37,512 nucleotides of DNA from Macrostomum lignano (lineage: Eukaryota). A program made the translations under genes and the position numbers. The notes under the pieces are model-generated. The model searched no databases. It was not told where the DNA came from and saw nothing but the letters and a program-made list of their open reading frames with translations. Location: assembly GCA_002269645.1 (NCBI GenBank), contig NIVC01002575.1:1-37512 (forward strand), given 5' to 3'. This document shows, piece after piece, positions 1-10,300 of the stretch (the stretch's first letter is position 1; every line of letters begins with the position of its first letter).

Positions 1-3000
1 ATATGGTGAGTAGTGAGCAAGATTGTACGACCAGATCGAACTTGCCAAGCACATCCCAGATGAGCGCCTGGCGTGGGGGTCCACTCCTGCAGTTGGCTCG
101 TCCAGAAATTATTAGCTTTGAGTCTCCCACAAAGGCCATGGCTACAGACAGCTTGCGTTTCATGCCGCCGGACAGGTTTCTGCTCAACTCGAATCGCTTG
201 TTATCGAGGCCGACGTCCACAACAAAAACTGTCAATCTGTGAGCCTATCGTACTCTTGTCCAGGCCTTTTAGCATACCATAGAAGTAGATATGATCCTCC
301 ACAGTCAGATGGTTGAACAGCACGTTATGTTGAGGGCAAAATCCAAGGTGTTTCCGAATTTGATCCATTTGTGTGCGAATGTCGTGTCCATAAATGTAGG
401 CTGTACCCGTCGTGGGCGTGTACAAACCAGTCAAGATCGAAACGGTTGTACTTTTACCTAAAGAAAAATGGTTGGTTTCGAAAATTAGGCTGAAATGAGG
501 TTTAAACAGAAAAATGCAGCTAATATGATTCTTACCAGCTCCATTGTGCCCCAGGAACGAGGTGACCTGGCCTTCGTAGAAATTGTACGTAACACTGTTG
601 ACAGCAATGAAATCCTTAGCATTTTTGCAGGCACACAAGCCAGGCTTGTATACCTTCGTAAGCGCTCGAAGTGCGGCTCCAACTTTTAGATTTCTAGGCT
701 CTTCCTCAAAGTGCTGCCGATCACCTGTCATTTCAACATCTCCCTGGTCAGGCCAGCTCAACCCTGCTGCAAGAGCTGCACCAATAAGATTTGGTAAAAG
801 GAAAGTAAAATGGTTTCGGAACGCCATACTTTCCTGGAAAAACCTTTTCGATGTACCAAGTTAGAAGCATTAGCAGAAATGCGTCGACCCACAGCATAAA
901 AAGAACACCGCCAAACGTAAATGAACTATCCATCAGAGGACTCTTCGCTACGTTATCTGGCTGTATTCCAATATTCGCAAGTTCCAGAGACCAATGTACT
1001 TGCAGCCGAGGCCAAACCCAATTTGCGGTATTAGCAGCTGGCGGCAAGGGCGCCGGCGCCCATGCTGCTTCCGATGAACCGGTCAACAACAGTGTACGGA
1101 ATGTAGCCGAGAAAAAACAGCACACCAGCAAACGCCGACGCGACACTGGAGTTCGAGAAAAAAACCGAGATGAAGAAGGCCTCACAGATAGTGCTGACTA
1201 CGAAGGATAAAATAAAAAAGAACAGTATTATCGGATGGCTGTTCACGATGATTCCGCCAGCTTTAATTATAATAGTCATTAGAATTGTGGCCACCAGCAT
1301 TACGCATCCAGAAGTGATGAACCAGGCTAGCCAGTGTTCCAGTCGGCCAGCCCCATGATTTTCATCATCTCTTTAAGTCGGCTCTCCTTCTCGTACACAC
1401 AGCATTGACGAGCAAGGTGACACTGTAAATCCAGGCCAGGGTCATGATCATCGGGATGACGGACTGAATAACCGTCGTAAACTGATCCTGGATGTAGCAC
1501 GGGCTGGGGAAGAGACGCAAGTAGTTTATCTGGCTAGCATTTCCCCGAGAATTCGGCCGGTAATGCTTTGCTCAAGCAGCTCTTGAATGTGAAGAAAAAA
1601 CGAAGTAAAATATTTGAAGTGTTTGGGATAGTCGAGCGCTGACCCGGTGACCAGGTACTTGCCGTGACGCGAAACCGAAGCGTGCTGTCTACCATACTCG
1701 AGACCATGCGCAGACGATATTTCTCAAACGTGGCTCCGCCCAGAGTATCAAACGCTACAGCCGCCATGAAATAAGGCTTACGTGTCGTTCTGCTTGAACT
1801 CGTCAATCAAGTAAAGCGAATAGTCATTCATGGCCGTCTCCGTTTGGAAGCCGCGCAACTTGTTAAGCTTAAAGCATGCCGTATAGTAATAAATTCGCGC
1901 ATTATGGCGTCAATAATTACTTTGGCTGACTGCCAATTTGAATTTCAGACGATGTAGAAGTACTTTGAGCTAAGAAGTCGGAACCCATCTCGCATAAGTT
2001 TCCAGATCCACCACCGTGATGCGGGTACAAATCGTAAAGAATTTCTAAAAAAATATTTTTAAATTTAATTGCTGCATTATTATTCCAACGATATTCAGAA
2101 AAGCTGAGTAATTACCCTAAGCTCCTCGGCTTGAGTACCGTTAGCAATGAAATTAGCCATGTGAGCACTCTCAGTGGTGATCCAAGCTTTGGCCAAGTCG
2201 GATATTTGGCCGAGTCTCTCAAACGTAGCATTTAGCTGTAAAATATTTTTTCAAACCTTCATTCAAATGTTGTTTTACAACAACGAATATGAGCTAATTG
2301 AATTCTCAATTAATTAATTTTCGTACCGCTTTTAAGTTGGCCTGAGTTGCGTTGTTATTTGGGTAGTATAGAACATCTCCGAACAGCAGATTTGGGAGCT
2401 GGCTCATCCCAAGGGGAGATAACAGCATGGACACCTCAGCCATAATGGCCTTCAGAAACTTCTGGTTGTAGCAATCTGGAACCATGGAAATTAAGAGTCT
2501 CTTCGATCAGGTACAAATTCAGAGTCTGGAAAATTGAAACAGGAAAATTTGGCTTTCTTTGACAGACAAGCAGCACTTACAATGGACGGGGGTCGCAGAG
2601 TGCAAAGATAGGATTCGCAGCGCTGAACACTGTGCTCGCGTTTTTCAGGACATCCTGCACTTTGGAACTGAGCTGGCTAAACATTGAAATTATGGTTGTC
2701 TCCCCCGCGCCGCAAAGCAGCTTACTGACGCTTCGGACTGCTGTGTCAATATCGGACGACAGGCCGCTAGCAACCTTGCTAAGCTGACCAAACGCAGTGT
2801 TGGTCTGCATTAAAGTTGACGCCTGGCTGACGAATGCAGAGAGCACCGGTAGGTCCGTGACATTCATAGGTAAAGTATACTTGTCTGATTCAGTCGATTT
2901 CACCTGAGTTTTGTTAACAGCGTGAGTTAAGCTAGTCAACTCGATATTAACAGCAGATACTTTTAATGTATCCCAATCTTACCTGGTTTAGCATTAAGCT

Positions 3001-5213
3001 GACGTTAAACTGGTTCTGCAGATTAGTCTTAAATTGCGTCTGATTGCACAGGTTGGAAATTGTCACCCAGCCGTCGCTGCCGCCAGCGCTGGTGTCATTG
3101 CTGATTCCCGTTGAAAAGTTGCAGATTAGCTGGGCGCTTAATGGAGCCATGGTGGTGCTCAGCAGCGGCAGAAAGCCAGACTCCGTATCGATGTTCAGAC
3201 GCTACAAAAATAGAAAATATGATGAAAGCTTTCAGTAAAAATGGTGCAGGCATAATGACGGGTAACTAAGCACAGTCTTACACTCGGAACCATCAGTGCA
3301 GTTCCCAACACAAGAGCCTGCTCAGCGGCCGTCGCAGTAACGTTATCAAACAGAGCGCTGGGGTTGTTGAAGAAGCTTGAGAAGTTCAAAGCGGTCGAGC
3401 CTGGAATAATGCAGACATATGAACCGGATGCTTGGAGAACAAATAAAGCATTATTATCAGCAGACATTGCGACGGTTTGCAAAATACCTGCAGGATCGCT
3501 CCAATTTGTGGGCGTCACATCGAGTATCATGCGGTATTTGCTCAGTGCAGGATTTGAGTACAGTTGATTGTACAAAGTGACTGCTTCGTTGACTTGACTA
3601 AGCCTGATTGGGGACAAAGCAAGGGCACGAGTTATATAGTTTATGCTAAAAATAACTTCTGCAATCAGAACAAACGTTCCGATGCATTGCAATTAATAGA
3701 GAAATTAGTTAGCCAGCATGTCACTTTGTCAACGTTCAGAGTTAATAATAGTCTTTGATTAAGCAATCATTACTCGGCATTTGATTAGTTTTTGGAAAAA
3801 AGGCAGCAAAGTCTTGATATTCAAGTACACTGACTGCTCATACTAGCTCCTATTTAATTTGCAGATAGCATTTGTTGACCTGGAATTAGGCAATAGTAGG
3901 ACTAATTAGCTAATTGGACTCAGTCCATCATTTGATTGAATATAGCTCGTAGCTAGCTCGTTGCTCAAACTCAGGTAAAGCTTTTTACCTTTATCTAGAA
4001 TAAACGCCGTCTATGCTTCAGGAATTGCAATTAGGGCTAAAAAAAAATTGTGCGCAAATAATAGCATGACTGTATACTTGACTGATGAGGAACCTCATTA
4101 GCTAAATTTTAAGAATCCATGTCTGTCGTACATAAAGTTAATCTTAATTAATGAATAACCCCCATGCAGCCTCAAAAGCTTACTCAGTCGAGCTGATAAT
4201 CGGCTTTTTGGTGTAGCCCGTGTCCTCCTTCTGGCACACGCCCAGAAAGCAGAACGAGGTGAGCGCAGCTCCAATGCCGTTGCTAGCCAGGGAGGACGGC
4301 TTGAACTGGCAGTCGGGACTCTTCACCAGGAAGTCTTGCGATTTGCGCACGGCCACCAGAATAAGGAAGAACATCAGGGGTGCCAGGATCTCGGCTAGCG
4401 TCTTGCCCTGAGTTCGTATGCGAGGTTACGCAATTAGTTGTATAAAACACAATGTAATTACGAGTAATATTAATATTTGGAACAGTTCAGGAGGGCAGCG
4501 GCAGTCTGGCGCAACGCTTTCGGTGAAATAGTTCCAGGACTACTGAGCACATGCAAGCGCGTCAGTACTGCTACGCAGACACGCACTCCCCGCTCACACA
4601 GGGTGTACAGCAGCCACTTGACTTTCACAGTGTCGCGACTTTCCTAGTCATTTCTTTAGTTCACCTTCACTTGTCTCTGTTTACTCTGTTTTCTCTCTCT
4701 GTCTAGCTCAATCTTGTTATTCTCATCTCTCTCTCCCTTGCTGCCTTCTGATTGGCTCTCCGTCTCGCCTCTTTCCTCAGTCGCGCACTCCACCCCACCC
4801 CTTGTGTTATCTTGTACCCCCAAAGTTAATGTTCTATAAATACATCGGTTTGGGCCCTGCGCCCACTTACTGCTTCTTTCAGTCTTACTATTCAATGTAA
4901 CTTTTATTCAAATTATTCTTTAGTTTATACTCTTAAATTTTCTTTACACACAGAGCCATGTACACACTCTGTGCCTTGGTGGTTTGCCCTCATAAATGTG
5001 AATCGCGCGACAACTATCTTGGGCCAATTTTTTGAGCACAAGCCCAAAATAAATGCGCCCGCTCACGGAATCGAACCAGGGGCCGGTCGTGTGGCGCGAG
5101 AGATCCCCATATCATATAATTACTTTCCAATTCTCTTTGCAACAGCAGCAACATCTTACCCATTGGCGTTGTTTTAATTTGAAGTTCTTCCAAAGTAGCA
5201 GCAAAAGAGCCAT
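1..5213 (-). CDS. ABCA: ABCA-subfamily ABC lipid transporter, N-terminal half (TM1, exoplasmic domain, TMD1, NBD1); multi-exon, 3' end beyond the window, frameshifted as assembled
   Basis: Exon 5213-5160 encodes [18 protein letters not shown] (the ABCA LLLWKN motif). It splices in phase 0 to 4407-4184 ([22 protein letters not shown]...DCQF). Approximate further exons: 3658-3282, 3201-2983, ~2935-2581, ~2525-2327, 2235-2116, 2044-536, 457-1; small exons between 3660 and 4180 are not resolved. Motifs seen: [44 protein letters not shown], Walker A GHNGAGKST (split by intron 458-535), [10 protein letters not shown], signature [10 protein letters not shown], Walker [15 protein letters not shown]-loop TTHH. 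Several motifs only read through after correcting single-base indels. The paralog number cannot be assigned. Confidence 0.92.
5055..5125 (-). pseudogene. Degenerate tRNA-like fragment (3' half resembles tRNA-Gly/Asp type) or SINE head in ABCA intron 1
   Basis: The minus strand reads CTCTCGCGCCACACGACCGGCCCCTGGTTCGATTCCGTGAGCGGGCGC, with a perfect B box GGTTCGATTCC (5077-5067). The A box and acceptor stem are not recognisable, so this is not an intact tRNA. Confidence 0.4.
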
Positions 5214-7306
5214 GTCTGCTAGTGTGAAGCAGAGGCTTGATCTAATAGAAGCTGTCCTCTCACTGAGGCACTAGAGTTCTCAAATAGCGGATTCAATATT
5301 TAACCTACGCTGTCATTTAAAATAGAGAACAGTGGTGGAGTGCATGGCTGGAACTGCAGGGACTGTTAAAGAGGTGGGCGAGGGGTTGGCCAGAAGCGGT
5401 CTGAGGTAGTCGCACTTTGAGCCAACCCTCAACCCCAGCCCGCTATTCTTCTGCAAAGTCCTCAGCTTTCATTCCGTCCAATTGTGCGTCGACCTTGGCG
5501 TTCAGAAGAACTGCAGTTTTTCAAACCTGTTCGCTTGCTAATCCTCTCCTAGGTGTACTCTCCAACTCTCGACTACATTCCCTTCCGCAAATGCTCAACT
5601 ACTGAGAGCATAGGCTCATGGTAAAGTTCTCCCTGGGGTAAGGAAATACTGGCGGTGGGGAAGGTAGACGTTATAGGGGGTAAGACGGGGAGGGACTAAA
5701 GCTGGTATGAGCTGGAATAGCGCCCTGTTTTGAGCGTATTTCTTCATTTCCATTCGGAAATTTTCATCCCAAGCTATGCGCACCTGACTGTTTAACGACG
5801 GAGGCCGATTGGGCAATAGCAGCTTTCTAGCAACGCGTATTGGTTGCCATGCAGCAATCCCAAAATCTCTCTTCACATCCCCCACTAAAAATTTCCCCCA
5901 CTCCTCACGTGCGATGGTAGCTGGATCAATAAATCTACTCAGTCAGTAAGAACGGATGTAGGGCATAGAGTGCATGCACTGTGATTTATTATAGAAGTTT
6001 CAAATCAATGTCATCAGATGCAATTGGTGACAGTTAATGAGCCTCTATCGAGTAATATTTCCAAAGTTGAATCTCTCTTGGAGCCAAAGAGCAAGTGAAG
6101 TGAATTTTGCTTAATAGAGTGTCAGTTCGTTATTCTGGCTTGCAGTAAGTCTGTCTGCAACAGTGTATTGTTTGGAGAATTAGCGCAAAACAAGTATAAA
6201 CTGGATTTTGGGAGGGGTATGACCGATACAAGCGTAGTTGTGCTCCATTTTTTTTCATTGCAGTGCATATTCCATAGCAATGCACAATTTTTCTATAGGG
6301 GGGGGTCAGAGATTGCTGCTAGTAACGTTTTTTTCGTTGCTTCTCGTTGTTTCGGGCTTTGCTACTCGCATATTGTATTTTTTACAACGGGACAGAGCCC
6401 GATCGGACCATACGGTGGTCCAGACCGTCCTACTGTACAAACGCTGAGACCTGGACGCTGCAAGCTGCCTTCAAGATCGGTAAGAAGCGAAATTCTAACG
6501 CGGCACTTATTATCATGCACCTTATCAATTAATCAGGCCTGGTGCCTGTTGCGCCGTGTGGGCATCACTAGCTGCCCGTAGTCGCCAGAGGTTAGCGGAA
6601 GGGGCGTCAACGCCTCCCCGCCGCATCCCGGAGCCCAGCTGAGTCAGGTGAGGCATATTGCAGCATTGCAACATTAAGCCCTTCGCACACTTATTAGATA
6701 CTCGTAATTAATAAACAATACAAAGTTTAACAAACACAAATTTATGTCAATCAAAATGATGGAATATATTTCAGTAAATAATTAAGCTACCTTTGCCGCT
6801 AATACGTAGAATACACTGTATATTTAGCATTAAAATTTGTGTAAAGTTGCCACAACCCAAATATGCATGGAGCTGAAGTAACAGTCAGCGTATAGTAACA
6901 AACTATAGTCAAGCATCAAGGCTTTTTTTGTGTACTCATAAAAAGTTTTGGTCACCATGAAAAAGACTACAAAAAGGACTTAATAACACCGATTACTATT
7001 GCTAAACAAAACAGTTCAGGACTTCAAGTAAGTCAACACTGGCAATTGTAATGACACAGCCTAGGGAAAAAAATAGGGGCAATGTAAAGGCTCGATTGAA
7101 ATAGAATTTGGCGTGAAAACTGACTCAAAAGTTGACGCGGACTAAGTATTATTATAAAAGCATATCTAAACTACACTACTTCCGAGTAGTATAATGTATT
7201 TACCACCTCTAGTTAGGCATTGAGACCGAACCCACTATTAAAGTATTTTAAGAACTCTCCTTGTCGTCAAGCCAAGAGTCAAACCAGTCAAGCTACACAT
7301 GCCGAA

Positions 7307-10300
7307 TCAGTACTGATGCTTCTCAACGAACAGAGTGTCCTGAGCCGCGGCCCGAGCGAGGCGCCGCCGCCGCCGCCGTATTTGCCCAAAGCAGCCTGGC
7401 CATTGGCTCGGGCCCGCTTCAGCAGCTCGGCCTGGGCCGCTTTCTCGTTGTTGCGCGAGCCGCGCCAGGCTGCCAGAACGGAGGCCTGCAATTATAAGTT
7501 GAGTGTAATTGGAGTGTAACTGGCATGCATGCAGTGTCGCGCTTTGGCCACTGGGCAAATGCTGGGACTCTTGAGGACTGTCAACCCTGAGATGCGGCTG
7601 GAACCATGAAGACCAACAACAATTTAGTGTAATCTACAGGTTATCTTTCTGTAAGCAAAACTCACCTGCAGAGCCCGACCGAAGCTGAAAGTCAGAGCCC
7701 AAGGCTTTCTACCCTGCTGTTTGTTAATAGCGTCCAGATGGATGGTGGCGTCCTCCTCGCTCTGACCGCCGCTGAGGAAGCAGATGCCAGGCACAGCGGC
7801 AGGCACCGCTCTGCTCAGAGCAGTGACCGTGGCCTCGGCCACCTGCTGCGGCGTGTACTTTGTTGGGCAGGCCTGGCCGCACGTCACCATATTAGGCTTG
7901 AGCAGGGTGCCCTCCAGGTAGACGTGATGATCAGCCAGAGCTTTATAAGTGAAAGCCAGCACAAGCTCCGTGACCTTCTGCGCCGTGGCCAGATCGTGAT
8001 CGCCGTCCTGAGATTGGGAAATGAAGATATGGTAAATTTTGATTGATTGAGTACTAAAAAGTGATTTTCCCGAATCCAATGTTGCACCTCATAATGCACA
8101 CTTACTTGCAGAACCTCCGGTTCAACGATTGGCACTAATCCATTCTGCTGACAGATTGAAGCGTATCTAGCCAGCACGTTGGCATTCTCTAGCATAGCCT
8201 GATACGAAGGCGTGTACTGGCCAATGTTTAGCACGCAGCGCCATTTGGCAAACTGGGCGCCATCTTTTTTATACTGAGCGCAGCGTTCGGCCAGACCGTC
8301 CAGTCCCTGTGTGGTGCACTCGCCTAGCGAACCGGCCAGCGGAACAACTCCCTTGTCAACCTTGATGCCCGGTATGATGCCGTTGCGCTGCAGCAGCTGC
8401 GGCAGCGGCGTACCATCGTCCGACTTCTGGTAGAAGGTCTCGTGGAACAGGATCACGCCGGAGATGTGGTTAGCCAGCTCCTTATCGCCGGAGAATAGCA
8501 ACTGCCTGTACAGGCGCCTGTTCTCTTCAGTATTTTCTACATTGATGCCTTGGAAGCGCTTGCCGCAGGTTCCTTAGAGACGAGTGAAATGTTGAATGAA
8601 AAGCATAATTAAAATTTTTTAATTGCACAAAACTTGAAGGTCAAATTTTGTTCCCATTCTAGGGAGGGAGGGTTGGAGAATAGAAATGTGTGACAGAAAT
8701 GGTAACACATAAAAGAGAATGAGGTTGACGAGGGCTCAGTCTGCGGATCTGAGAGGTAGGCGGCCTAGTTTGAGGAGATCTGAGAGGGTTACTTAGTCTG
8801 CGGATCTGAGAGGTAGGCGGCCTAGTTTGAGGAGATCTGAGAGGGTTACTTAGTCTGCGGATCTGAGAGGTTGGCGGCCTAGTTTGAGGAGATCTGAGAG
8901 GGTTACTTAGTCTGCGGATCTGAGAGAGGGTGGTACTTAGTCTGCGGATCTTAGAGGGTGGCGGCCTAGTTTGAGGAGATCTGAGAGGGGCGGCCTAGTC
9001 TGGGGATCTGAGAGGGGGCGGCCTAGTCTGGGGATCTGAGAGGGGGCGGCCTAGTCTGGGGATCTGAGAGGGGGCGGCCTAGTCTGGGGATCTGAGAGGG
9101 GGCGGCCTAGTCTGCAGATCTGAGAGGGGGCGGCCTAGTCTGCAGATCTGAGAGGGGGCGGCCTAGTCTGGGGATCTGAGAGGGGGCGGCCTAGTCTGGG
9201 GATCTGAGAGGGGGCGGCCTAGTCTGCAGATCTGAGAGGGGGCGGCCTAGTCTGCGGATCTGAGAGGGTGGCGGCCTAGTCTGGGGATCTGAGAGGGGAC
9301 GGCCTAGTCTGGGGATCTGAGAGGTTGGTACTTAGTCTGCAGATCTGAGAGGGGGCGGCCTAGTCTGCAGATCTGAGAGGGGGCGGCCTAGTCTGCGGAT
9401 CTGAGAGGGTGGCGGCCTAGTCTGGGGATCTGAGAGGGCACGGCCTAGTCTGGGGATCTGAGAGGTTGGTACTTAGTCTGCAGATCTGAGAGGGGGCGGC
9501 CTAGTCTGCAGATCTGAGAGAAAGGCGGCCTAGTCTGGGGATCTGAGAGGGGGCGGCCTAGTCTGCAGATCTGAGAGGGGGCGGCCTAGTCTGGGGATCT
9601 GAGAGGGGACGGCCTAGTCTGGGGATCTGAGAGGTTGGTACTTAGTCTGCAGATCTGAGAGGGGGCGGCCTAGTCTGCAGATCTGAGAGGGGGCGGCCTA
9701 GTCTGGGGATCTGAGAGGGGGCGGCCTAGTCTGGGGATCTGAGAGGGGGCGGCCTAGTCTGCAGATCTGAGAGGGGGCGGCCTAGTCTGCGGATCTGAGA
9801 GGGTGGCGGCCTAGTCTGGGGATCTGAGAGGGGACGGCCTAGTCTGGGGATCTGAGAGGTTGGTACTTAGTCTGCAGATCTGAGAGGGGGCGGCCTAGTC
9901 TGCAGATCTGAGAGGGGGCGGCCTAGTCTGCGGATCTGAGAGGGGGCGGCCTAGTCTGCAGATCTGAGAGGGGCGGCCTAGTCTGCGGATCTGAGAGGGG
10001 GCGGCCTAGTCTGCGGATCTGAGAGGGGGCGGCCTAGTCTGCAGATCTGAGAGGGGGCGGCCTAGTCTGCGGATCTGAGAGGGTGGCGGCCTAGTCTGGG
10101 GATCTGAGAGGGGACGGCCTAGTCTGGGGATCTGAGAGGTTGGTACTTAGTCTGCAGATCTGAGAGGGGGCGGCCTAGTCTGCAGATCTGAGAGGGGGCG
10201 GCCTAGTCTGCAGATCTGAGAGGGGCGGCCTAGTCTGGGGATCTGAGAGGGGGCGGCCTAGTCTGGGGATCTGAGAGGGGGCGGCCTAGTCTGGGGATCT

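Noticed and set aside
3-1358. Plus-strand ORFs 3-242, 73-282, 495-689, 583-864, 851-1210 and 1170-1358
   Set aside because: They are antisense shadows of ABCA coding exons and have no independent motifs.
5371-5470. let-7-like 9-mer TGAGGTAGT (5402-5410) in a region with local inverted repeats
   Set aside because: The match stops after 9 nt, and the best pairing needs a 7-nt bulge and a long loop, so it is not a pre-miRNA hairpin.
5330-5885. Minus-strand ORF 5616-5885 and a faintly ankyrin-like stretch near 5470-5520
   Set aside because: No motif could be recognised with confidence and the frames are interrupted by stops. A profile search would be needed.
7220-8046. Plus-strand ORFs 7220-7519, 7261-7497 and 7738-8046
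   Set aside because: They are antisense shadows of GC-rich aldolase exons.
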